A DNA stretch of 64,000 bases from Thermoanaerobaculia bacterium. Lineage in GTDB: Bacteria; Acidobacteriota; Thermoanaerobaculia; Multivoradales; UBA5704. Both the position numbers and the translations under genes were made by a program. The stretch lies in assembly GCA_044226625.1 (NCBI GenBank), contig JBGAGQ010000012.1, forward strand, positions 1-64,000. The letters run 5' to 3'. Below the pieces are notes generated by a model. The model did not search any database and was not told the origin of the DNA. It was given only the letters and a program-made list of their open reading frames with translations. Shown here piece by piece: positions 25,423 through 33,626 of the stretch (position 1 is its first letter; the number at the start of each line of letters is the position of its first letter).

Positions 25423-26335
25423 TCGGCACCTTGCGCAGCGCGAGCCACGAGCCGGCGAACGAGAGGAGGCCCACCACCGCGAGCAGGAGCAGGCCGAGGG
25501 CGAGAAGCGCCCCCCAATGCACGGGGTCACCGTACGCGAGAAAGGTCTCCGAGCCGCCGAGCTTCGTGGTCACCGTTTGGCCCGCTCCGGCGAGCGGCTC
25601 GATCGAGAGCAGCCGTTCCGGCCAGACGTTGTCCCGGCGGCCGATCACCAAGAAGACGGCGATCGTCTCGCCGAGCGCGCGGCCGAGGCCCAGCAGGAGC
25701 GCGGAGGCGAGGCCGGGCAGCGCCGCCGGAATCACGGCGCGCACGATCGTCTCGGCTCGGCCGAGACCGAGTGCCCGCGCGGCGATCCGCCGGCTGCGCG
25801 GCACCGCGGCGAGCGCGTCGTCGCCCAACGAGACGACCGTCGGCAGGATCATCACCGCGAGGAGCAGTCCGCCGGTCGCGAGCGTGTCGCCGGAGATCGG
25901 ATCGAACGGGCGCAGCAGCCGGAAGACGACGTCGCGCAGGAGCAGGACGCCGAGCAGGCCGTAGACGACGGACGGAATCCCCGCGAGCAGCTCGACTCCG
26001 ACCTTCGCCGCGATCCGGATCGGTCGCGGCAGGAGCTCGGAAAGGAAAACCGCTGCGCCGAGACCGATCGGCGCCGCGAGCGCCAGCGCGACCGCCGACA
26101 CGGCGAGGCTGCCGTAGATCATGGGCAGCGCGCCGAAGCTCGCGGAACGAAACGACCAGCGGACCCCGAGCAGTCCGGCGAACCCGGCCGATCGGACGAA
26201 CGGCCACGCCTCGATCGCGAACACGACGACCAGACCGAGGAACGCCGCTGCGGCCAGGGCGGACGAGCCGAACGCGGCGAGCCGGAGGAGGTCCGGCCGC
26301 CGCGGCCGAGGTCGCGACTCGGGTGTTTCCCTCAC
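25415..26335 (-). CDS. pstC: phosphate-type ABC permease PstC-like
   Basis: ELLAGIPSVVYG, GRALGETIAV. Confidence 0.88.
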   Translation of the reverse strand: MRETPESRPRPRRPDLLRLAAFGSSALAAAAFLGLVVVFAIEAWPFVRSAGFAGLLGVRWSFRSASFGALPMIYGSLAVSAVALALAAPIGLGAAVFLSELLPRPIRIAAKVGVELLAGIPSVVYGLLGVLLLRDVVFRLLRPFDPISGDTLATGGLLLAVMILPTVVSLGDDALAAVPRSRRIAARALGLGRAETIVRAVIPAALPGLASALLLGLGRALGETIAVFLVIGRRDNVWPERLLSIEPLAGAGQTVTTKLGGSETFLAYGDPVHWGALLALGLLLLAVVGLLSFAGSWLALRKVPNA

Positions 26336-27207
26336 TTCTTCCCTGGGCCGGCCGGTATCTTCAGATAGCCATGCTTCTCGACCAGCGTCTGACCTCGTGG
26401 GGAGAGCAGGAGGTCGATCATCGCCTTGGCCAGCCCCTTCGGCGGACCGTCGGTCACCAGTTGGAGCGGACGGGCGATCGGATAGCTACCGTCGGCGATC
26501 GCGGCGAGGGTCGGGGCGACGACCTTGCCGTCAAGACGCTTGACCGCCACGGCGAAAACGGTCTTCTGATCGGCCCAGGCGGCAGAGAGCTGCGAGATCG
26601 AGCCCGGCGTCGAGGCGACCTTGTTGCGCCCCTCTTCGTTCGCGCCGACCTCCGGATGGGAGACGTCGGGCGCCTTCTTCGGATCGCCGTAGAGCCACTT
26701 GGCGAACGCTTCCCAGGTTCCCCGGCCGGGCTCCTTGTTGAAGAAGACGATCCGTCGGTCCGGGCCACCGACCGTCTTCCAGTTGGCGATCGTCCCCTCG
26801 TAGATGCCCTGCACCTGCTGGCGCGAGAGAACCTTCACCCCGCCGTCCCAGACGTCCTTCGAGACGACCAGCGCGAGCGCGTCGATGCCGATCCGCGTCG
26901 CCTGGAATCGGACCTTCGGAAACTTCTTCGCGTCGTCCGGCTCGAGGTCGCGCGAGATCATGCCGATCTCGGCGCGCCCTTCGCCGAGCGCCGCGATGCC
27001 GCCCGAGCTTCCGCCTTGCGTGTCGACGAAGATGGTCGCCTTCTTTTCTCCGCGCAGGATCTCGGCGGCCTCGACCACCACCGGGTTCACGGTGGTCGAG
27101 CCGTTGATCCGGAGCGGCCCGTCGGCCGCCCGGGCCGTCGCGGCGAGGCACGGGGCGACCGCGAACGCGGCCGCGATCAGCAGCAGCCGGAACCGGGAGT
27201 GCAGCAT
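26332..27207 (-). CDS. pstS: phosphate-type ABC substrate-binding protein (PstS/PBP-like)
   Basis: Signal peptide, RINGSTTV, GGSSGG, YPIARPL. ATG 27207 with a GGAGG RBS inside the upstream gene. Confidence 0.85.
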   Translation of the reverse strand: MLHSRFRLLLIAAAFAVAPCLAATARAADGPLRINGSTTVNPVVVEAAEILRGEKKATIFVDTQGGSSGGIAALGEGRAEIGMISRDLEPDDAKKFPKVRFQATRIGIDALALVVSKDVWDGGVKVLSRQQVQGIYEGTIANWKTVGGPDRRIVFFNKEPGRGTWEAFAKWLYGDPKKAPDVSHPEVGANEEGRNKVASTPGSISQLSAAWADQKTVFAVAVKRLDGKVVAPTLAAIADGSYPIARPLQLVTDGPPKGLAKAMIDLLLSPRGQTLVEKHGYLKIPAGPGKK

Positions 27208-28334
27208 GCGGTGGCCTCCGTGGTGACCTGGTAGTCCTGGCCTTTGGTTTCCTTCGGATGCCTGCGCGCGGTGCGCGAGCAATCGAACGGCGCGGCCTCT
27301 TCGAGCGGCACCTCGACCCGCGGCTCGATGGTGTCGAACATGCCGGCGTAGGGCTCGCGCTGGTAGAGGCGATAGGTCTTGTCGCAGACGGCATAGCGCT
27401 CGCCGCGCCGCATGCGGTGGCCGTCGTCGTCCAATACTTCTTTCCACGGCCCCCGATAGACCACGGCCTGATTGCGCTCGAGGCACTCGCCCTGTTTGCC
27501 CTTCCACGCCTCTACGGTGAGCGAACGGAACTCGATCCCCTCGACCGTGCGCCAGGGCTCCGTCTGCCGCTCGAGGACGCGGATGCCGTAGAAGCCCGCC
27601 GCCTCGAACGCCTCGAGGAAGCCGGTCTCGGTGAGCGCGCCCGAGATGCAGCCGCTCCAGAGCTCGTGGTCGAGCTGCATCGAAAGGGGCACCTCCTCGT
27701 CGCACACGATGTCCGAGATCACGGCGCTCCCGCCGTTCTTCAAGACGCGGAAGATCTCGCGGAACAGACGCGGCTTCTCCTCGCCGTCGACCAGGTTCAA
27801 GACGCAGTTGGACACCACGACGTCGACCGAATCGTCGGCCACCAGCGGGTGCTCCCGGCGCAGCCGCTCGGCGCGGGTGGCCGCCTGGAGCAGGCCCTCG
27901 GTCGAGCGGACGGGATCCTTCGCGAGCTCGGCGTCGAAGCGGTCCATGTCGAGCGCGAGGTCCTGGATCCGGCCGCGCCGGAACTCGACGTTCGCGTACC
28001 CCAGTCGCTCGGCGACCACGGGCGCGTTGCGCCGTGCCACGTCGAGCATCTCGGTGGTCATGTCGACGCCGATCACCTTGCCCTCTTTCCCCACCACCTG
28101 GGCGGCGATGAAACAGATCTTGCCCGTGCCGCTGCCGAGGTCCAGCACGGTCTCGCCCGGTTTGAGATGCCGGCTCGGATCGCCGCAGCCGTAGTCGCGC
28201 TCGATCACCTCGTCCGGGATGATCGCGAGATATTTCGGGTCGTATTCCACCGGACAGCAGAGATCGGAAACGCGCTCTTGGGCGCCTTGCCGGTATCGAT
28301 CCTTGACGACGTCGTCGACGACCAAGGTAGCCAT
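27177..28334 (-). CDS. arsM: arsenite methyltransferase-like (ArsM/AS3MT family) SAM-dependent methyltransferase
   Basis: Conserved As-binding Cys contexts YGCGDP, SNCVLNL and WSGCISGA; DLGSGTG SAM motif; N-terminal CC and C-terminal CCTPGSGCC; AGGAGG RBS before ATG 28334. Confidence 0.8.
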   Translation of the reverse strand: MATLVVDDVVKDRYRQGAQERVSDLCCPVEYDPKYLAIIPDEVIERDYGCGDPSRHLKPGETVLDLGSGTGKICFIAAQVVGKEGKVIGVDMTTEMLDVARRNAPVVAERLGYANVEFRRGRIQDLALDMDRFDAELAKDPVRSTEGLLQAATRAERLRREHPLVADDSVDVVVSNCVLNLVDGEEKPRLFREIFRVLKNGGSAVISDIVCDEEVPLSMQLDHELWSGCISGALTETGFLEAFEAAGFYGIRVLERQTEPWRTVEGIEFRSLTVEAWKGKQGECLERNQAVVYRGPWKEVLDDDGHRMRRGERYAVCDKTYRLYQREPYAGMFDTIEPRVEVPLEEAAPFDCSRTARRHPKETKGQDYQVTTEATACCTPGSGCC

Positions 28335-28368
28335 GCGGACCTCCTGCGCCGCCAAGGGCGCGGGCCAA

Positions 28369-28415
28369 AGAAAAATTGCCACCGAGCGGCCCCCTCGGAA
28401 GGGGGCTGCCCGCGG
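28369..28415 (-). terminator. terminator/attenuator-like hairpin between DUF2064 and arsM-like genes
   Basis: Minus strand CGGGCAGCCCCC-TTCCGA-GGGGGCCGCTCG followed by GTGGCAATTTTTCTTT. Confidence 0.45.
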
Positions 28416-28435
28416 AAGAACTCGGAACGGGTGGT

Positions 28436-29200
28436 TTAGAAGGGAAGCGGGGAGGGGGCGGGCGGCGCGCGCCCGACGCGCGGCGCGGCGAAGCCGCCGG
28501 CGATACGGCCGAGATCGAACGGCACCGTGGGCCGCAGGTCCGCGAGCGCGGACCGAAGGATTTTTACCAGCCGGGCGAGCGGGCGCGCGAGGCCCGCCCC
28601 GCGGCCGGCTTTCTGCCGCTTGAGCCAGCCCGACAGGTCGACCGCGCGGTCGAGATCGGCGAGTGGCGCGAGGCGGACCACCGCGCGCCCGGCCCGGGCG
28701 AGCGAACGCTCGAGATCGCGGAGCGTCTCGTGCCGGCACCACCGCGCGGCGTCGGCGAGCCCGGCGATCGGCCGCGCCATCGCGATCAGGTAGAGGCCGC
28801 CGTCCGGAGAGGGGCCGAGGACGACCCGGTCGGGATCGTCCCTTAGGAGCTCGATCGCCCGCGCGACATGCGAGGCCGAGAGGCCGGGGACGTCGGCCGC
28901 GGCGACCACGAGGATCTCCGGACCGCGGGCGAACGCCCCGGCCACCGCGTGCTCCAGCCGCGCGCCGAACCGCTCGCCGCGCTGGGGCAGGACCTCGACG
29001 CCGGGTGCGTCGGCGAGCGGCTCCGGGCTCGCGATCGCGATCGCGCAGCCGGCCTCCCGACCCGCGGCGACGGCGCTGTCGAGCAGCTCGCGATGCGCCG
29101 CGTCCTCGAGATGACGGAGCCGACCCGGCAGCAAGCGACGCCGGGCGCTCTCCGCCGAGACGCCGCGGGAGAAGACGAGAAAGGTCGGTCGGCCGCGCAT
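28436..29200 (-). CDS. DUF2064 / TIGR04282-like glycosyltransferase-family protein
   Basis: QRGERFGARL, ADVPG, LGPSPDGGLYLI, LADLD motifs; C-terminal GRAPP. Confidence 0.78.
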   Translation of the reverse strand: MRGRPTFLVFSRGVSAESARRRLLPGRLRHLEDAAHRELLDSAVAAGREAGCAIAIASPEPLADAPGVEVLPQRGERFGARLEHAVAGAFARGPEILVVAAADVPGLSASHVARAIELLRDDPDRVVLGPSPDGGLYLIAMARPIAGLADAARWCRHETLRDLERSLARAGRAVVRLAPLADLDRAVDLSGWLKRQKAGRGAGLARPLARLVKILRSALADLRPTVPFDLGRIAGGFAAPRVGRAPPAPSPLPF

Positions 29201-29264
29201 CGTACTCTTCAGGTACGCGGGCGGAGGAGGATTCGGATGATCGGCGCGCACGGGTCGTCTCGGT

Positions 29265-30329
29265 TCAGTACCGGGAGACTGCCCGCTCGCGCGGCGGCAG
29301 GATTTCGAGACAGGTCGTCCACCAGCCGGTGGTGACGGTTTCGACGAACTCCTCGGGCAGCCGCTCGGCGCGCATCTCGGCGGCGAGCGCCAGGTGGTCG
29401 TAGCGGAGCGGCAGAAGCTGGACCGAGAGCCCCCCGGCATCCGGCTCCCCCGCCGATGCCGGCGCGCCTGCCGATTCGCCCGCCTCTTCGACCACCGCGT
29501 ACCAGACCCGGACGTCGCCGTCGTTGGCCGGCCGGCCGATCACCCCGACGTTGACCGCGTCGCGTCCGGAGGGCAGCCGCCGGTGCCAGTGGAGGCCCGT
29601 GTGCGTGCAGAGCAGGGCGTCGGCGCGCTCCTGGTCGAGCAGCACCTCGAGGAACGGCACCGGGCTGGTCGAGCGGAACAGGAACTCGTTGATCCGTCGC
29701 GGCGAGCCGTGGACCAGCAGCAGCTCTCGCCCGCCCACGCGAACCCGCCGCCGCCGGGGGAGTCGCCCCATCCAGGTCTTGAACTCGGCCGAGCAGCTCC
29801 TCTCCGTGTAGCGGTAAGAGACCTCGGCGAAGTGATTGTCGCGCGGGTCCGTATAGCCGCAGTTGCAGTCCTCGCGGCCGGAGGCGAGCGACTCCTCGTA
29901 GTTCCCCTGAATCGCCCGGACGCCGCCTGAGGTCAACAGGGGCCAGATCTTTTCCGGATTCGGGCCGAACCCGCCGAAGTCCCCCAAGCAATAGATGGCG
30001 TCGACCGCGTGGCGCGCCGCCTCCTCGAGCAGCGCGGCGAGCGCCAGGTGGTTGTTGTAGACCCCGCCGAAGACGAGGATGCGTCGGAACGGCCCCTCGA
30101 CCGGGGTGGGATCGGCGTCCGCGGCGAGGAAGCCGCGCACCGCCGCGTCACGCTCCCCGGCCGAGAGCGCCATCCCCGAGGCGGCCGTCGCAGCGCGAAA
30201 TCGGCCGAGCGGCACGAGCGACTCGCCCCAGGTGGCGAGCCCCCGGTGGGCGACCAGCCGTTCCCGATGCCGCGCGCGCACCGAGTCGTCGGTCGTTTCG
30301 CCGAGGCTCTGGGGGGGACGGTTCGCCAT
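29265..30329 (-). CDS. calcineurin-like metallophosphoesterase (divergent, Cys-containing)
   Basis: FGGVYNN, CLGDFGG, IQGNYE, DCNCGY, VHGSP, CTHTG. Confidence 0.8.
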   Translation of the reverse strand: MANRPPQSLGETTDDSVRARHRERLVAHRGLATWGESLVPLGRFRAATAASGMALSAGERDAAVRGFLAADADPTPVEGPFRRILVFGGVYNNHLALAALLEEAARHAVDAIYCLGDFGGFGPNPEKIWPLLTSGGVRAIQGNYEESLASGREDCNCGYTDPRDNHFAEVSYRYTERSCSAEFKTWMGRLPRRRRVRVGGRELLLVHGSPRRINEFLFRSTSPVPFLEVLLDQERADALLCTHTGLHWHRRLPSGRDAVNVGVIGRPANDGDVRVWYAVVEEAGESAGAPASAGEPDAGGLSVQLLPLRYDHLALAAEMRAERLPEEFVETVTTGWWTTCLEILPPRERAVSRY

Positions 30330-30354
30330 GCGCTCTCTTCCGTCGCCTCGCTCG

Positions 30355-31278
30355 TTACGTCTTGCAGCTCACGCCGTACGCGTGGCAGGTCCAGCAGGCC
30401 GGATGGTCGAGGGAAAACGGTTCGAGAGCGTCGGCGATCGACTCGCCCATCTTGCCGGAGGGCTCGTTGACCAGGATCGGGCAGACCCAGACCCCCTGGT
30501 CGGTCACCATCCGGCAGGCGCTGCACTGGAGGTGGTCCCAGCCCCCCTCCGGGGCGTCCCCCTCCCGCAGACGCTGCCACGCCTCATAGGCGCCGCCGCG
30601 CTCCGCCTCGGCGCCGATCTGGAAGACCGGCAGGATCTTGAGTCGCGGCTTGTCGATGCCGAGGCCCTTGAGCAGCTCGAAGAATCGCGATTTGCCCTGA
30701 TCGGTGCCCGACTCCCGATGGACCTCGGTCACCGTGATCACCGGATTGAGCCCCGCCGCGACCAGATTGCCCACCCCTTCGAGGATGCGGTCGAACGTGC
30801 CGGGGCCGCGGATCGGATCGTTCGAAGCGGCGTCGTAGCCGTCCAGCGAGACGCGCAGGTCGAGCGAGTAGTCCGAGGCGTCGGCGAGCGCCTTCAGGCG
30901 CTCCGCGCGCGCCGGGTCGAGCAGCAGCCCGTTGGTGAGGACGTTCGCCGGGCCGACGCGCAGCGTGGCGGCGAGGATCTCCTCCATCTCGGGGTTCAGA
31001 AACGGCTCGCCGCCGGTGAAGTAGTACTCCTTCACCCCGAGGCGCGCGCCCTCTTCGAGGTAGCCCTCGACGAGCGCGAGGCTCATGTGCTCGTGGGTGT
31101 GGTTGGTGGGAGAGCAGGAGATGAAGCAGTGGGTGCAGGCGATGTTGCAGACCGTACCCGCGACCTGGAACCAGAGGGTGTCGAGCGCCCGGAGAGCCAC
31201 CCGCGGTGCGTCGGCCGCCGGGATCGGGGGGGCGGCGACCGGCTCGAGACCCGCGCCCGAAAGCGCGTCGGCCGTCAT
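30355..31278 (-). CDS. radical SAM protein (ArsS-related) with C-terminal Cys cluster
   Basis: CNIACTHC (CxxxCxxC), FTGGEPF, VSLDG, IRGPGTF; C-terminal CSAC...C...CWTC...C. Start MTAD 31278 after GAGG. Confidence 0.88.
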   Translation of the reverse strand: MTADALSGAGLEPVAAPPIPAADAPRVALRALDTLWFQVAGTVCNIACTHCFISCSPTNHTHEHMSLALVEGYLEEGARLGVKEYYFTGGEPFLNPEMEEILAATLRVGPANVLTNGLLLDPARAERLKALADASDYSLDLRVSLDGYDAASNDPIRGPGTFDRILEGVGNLVAAGLNPVITVTEVHRESGTDQGKSRFFELLKGLGIDKPRLKILPVFQIGAEAERGGAYEAWQRLREGDAPEGGWDHLQCSACRMVTDQGVWVCPILVNEPSGKMGESIADALEPFSLDHPACWTCHAYGVSCKT

Positions 31279-31474
31279 GCGCGAACCTCGCTCCCGGAAT
31301 GCGACTTGAGCAGCGACCCGATCTGCGACAGAGCTCGTTCCATCCTTTCCACCTACGCATCCACCCGGCGGCTTGGATGACCGTTCAGCGTTCCAGCGGA
31401 CCCCAAGGGGCCGGAGCATACACGAACGCCCGCTGGCGGCCGCCGCCGCGGAGGTCGGCTATGATGCCTCGGCC

Positions 31475-32011
31475 TTGAGCCGATTCCTCGCCCTCTCGAT
31501 CGCGCTGCTCGTCCTGGTGATGGCGCTCTTCCAATTCGGCCTCGAGGCGCTCGGCTGGCTCCCCGTCGGCGCGCCGCCGCCGCCGCCCCCGAGGGTGCAG
31601 CTCGGCGCCTGGGGGCTCGAAGCGCTCGGCCTCGCGGCGCTCTTCCTGCTAATCCAGCGCGAAGGGGGCGTTTCCTGGTTCACCGGGTTGATGACCGGCT
31701 GGATCGCCTGGGTCTTCCGCGGTCCCCTCCTGGTCGTCTCGGTTGCCGCCGCGGGTCTCGATCCCAAGCCCTATTGGGGCATGTCGTTCCGGTGGTGGGT
31801 TCTCTACTCGACCTGCGGTTTGGTGCTCGGAATTCTGGCGCGCCCCGTGGAGCCGCGGCCCGAGCCTCCGGCGCCCCCACCACGCCTGGCGGCCCTCGAA
31901 CCGCCCACGGTGTCCACGCGGGCGCCCGAGCCGCCCTCGTCTCTCGAAGAGGCGGCGCCGCCGCCCGCCGACGAGCCGCCGGGCACCGCGGGCGTGGGGC
32001 CCGCCGCTTGA
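31475..32011 (+). CDS. hypothetical membrane protein with Pro-rich tail
   Basis: About four hydrophobic segments; TTG start 9 nt after TATGAT; stop overlaps the PKS start. Confidence 0.6.
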   Translation: MSRFLALSIALLVLVMALFQFGLEALGWLPVGAPPPPPPRVQLGAWGLEALGLAALFLLIQREGGVSWFTGLMTGWIAWVFRGPLLVVSVAAAGLDPKPYWGMSFRWWVLYSTCGLVLGILARPVEPRPEPPAPPPRLAALEPPTVSTRAPEPPSSLEEAAPPPADEPPGTAGVGPAA

Positions 32012-33069
32012 GAGTCGCCGCCGTCGGCTCCGCGCTGCCGCCGCACTTCTACGATCAGGCGACCTTGCTCGCGGCGCTCGAGAAGCGCTGGCAAGACCGC
32101 CTGTTCAACCTCGACCGGCTGAAGCGGCTGCACGAAAACGTCCTGGTCGGCGGCCGCTACCTGGCCCTACCGATCGACGAATACGACCGGCTCGAGACCT
32201 GGGGCCAGGCGAACAGCGCCTGGATCCGTGTCGCCCAAGAGGTAGGGGATCGGGCGATCCGCCGGGCGCTCGACCGCGCGGGGCTCGCCGCGACCGACGT
32301 TTCCGCCTTCTTCTTCACCACCGTCACGGGGGTCGCCACCCCGTCGATCGACGCGCGGTTGATCAACCGCCTGCGCATGTCGCCGCGGATCAAGCGCCTG
32401 CCGATCTTCGGCCTCGGCTGCCTCGCGGGCGCCGCCGGGATCGCCCGCGCGGCGGACTACGTGCGCGCCTATCCGGACCAGGTGGCGCTGCTGCTCTCGG
32501 TCGAGCTCTGCTCGCTCACGCTCCAAAGCGAGGACCTGTCGATCCCGAACCTGATCGCTTCGGGCTTGTTCGGCGACGGAGCGGCGGCCGTGCTGGTCGC
32601 CGGAAGCGAGCGGACCGACTTTCCGGCCACGGCCGGCCCTGAGATCGTCGCGACCCGCTCGATCTTCTATCCCGATTCCGAGCGCGTGATGGGGTGGGAC
32701 ATCTCGGAGACCGGCTTCAAGATCGTCCTCTCGGCCGACGTGCCGAAGGTGGTCGAAGAGCACATGAAGGAAGACGTTGACGCCTTCCTCGGCGACCACG
32801 GCCTCAGCCGGGCCGACATCGCGAGCTGGGTCTGCCATCCGGGAGGCCCGAAAGTGCTCGGGGCGATGCAGCAGACTCTCGAGCTTCCCGACGGCGCCCT
32901 CGACGTCACCTGGCGCAGCCTGCGCGAGGTGGGGAACCTCTCCTCGACCTCCGTCCTCCTGGTGCTCGAAGAGACGATGGCGAACCATCGCCCCGCCCCG
33001 GGATCCTGGGGCCTCCTCACCGCGATGGGCCCGGGGTTCTGTTCCGAGCTGGTGCTGCTGCGCTGGTGA
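32008..33069 (+). CDS. type III polyketide synthase (alkylresorcinol/alkylpyrone synthase-like)
   Basis: Catalytic triad contexts GLGCLAG, CHPGGPK and GNLSS; FGDGAAA; MGPGF. Confidence 0.92.
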   Translation: MRVAAVGSALPPHFYDQATLLAALEKRWQDRLFNLDRLKRLHENVLVGGRYLALPIDEYDRLETWGQANSAWIRVAQEVGDRAIRRALDRAGLAATDVSAFFFTTVTGVATPSIDARLINRLRMSPRIKRLPIFGLGCLAGAAGIARAADYVRAYPDQVALLLSVELCSLTLQSEDLSIPNLIASGLFGDGAAAVLVAGSERTDFPATAGPEIVATRSIFYPDSERVMGWDISETGFKIVLSADVPKVVEEHMKEDVDAFLGDHGLSRADIASWVCHPGGPKVLGAMQQTLELPDGALDVTWRSLREVGNLSSTSVLLVLEETMANHRPAPGSWGLLTAMGPGFCSELVLLRW

Positions 33070-33139
33070 GTCGGTGAAAAACGGCGGGCAAGGGGCCGAA
33101 ACGCCTCGCCGGATCGATGTCCGCCCTTCGAAGTGGAGT

Positions 33140-33405
33140 GCCGAAATCGTTTTCGCGGGTGAGCGGACCCGTTTTTCGACGGCCGAATTCGCTTTTCCGG
33201 TCGCCAACGCCGATTCGCGACCGCCCAAGCGGTTTTCTCGCCGCCGCGACCCTTACGCTCCGCGGGAAAACCCGTTTTCCAAGTGCCGAAAACGGTCGCG
33301 CCAGTCCCGAAGCGTCTCGGCCGCCGCGAAAGTCGTTTTCGCGGTGAGCGAAGCGAATTCGGCCGCCACGAAATCGCTCCGCCCGATCAGAAAACCCCTC
33401 GCTAC
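33140..33405. repeat. degenerate ~21-nt-period repeat tract
   Basis: GTTTTC-like words recur at about 33149, 33171, 33192, 33212, 33232, 33274, 33335, 33356. GAAATCGTTTTCGCGGGTGAGCG (33143) recurs as GAAAGTCGTTTTCGCGGTGAGCG (33328). Confidence 0.5.
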
Positions 33406-33626
33406 ACCGTAGGCCCGTGGGATCACATTGCGAGCCGGCGCCTCGGCGATCGCGCGACCCCCTGCTCCGGTCGCGATCCTCCTGTCCCCGGATAGTCCGG
33501 GGCGCGTTTCGAGGCGCCGGAGCGCTTCGCCACGAGGCTCAAGCCTCACGGCGTGCAGGGGATACTCGGACAGCTCAAGCGTGCCTCGAATTTCAAACCT
33601 GCGACCGTTATAGTGACTGACCGAGG

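Noticed and set aside
27177-27179. TGA after ...GSGCC of the ArsM-like protein as possible selenocysteine
   Set aside because: No SECIS-like hairpin recognised, and downstream bases are explained by the PstS signal peptide; the radical SAM gene ends in TAA.
30355-31278. Radical SAM gene as maturase for the three Cys-rich peptides
   Set aside because: It has no RRE domain, lies 9 kb or more away, and is embedded in the ArsM/DUF2064 operon.
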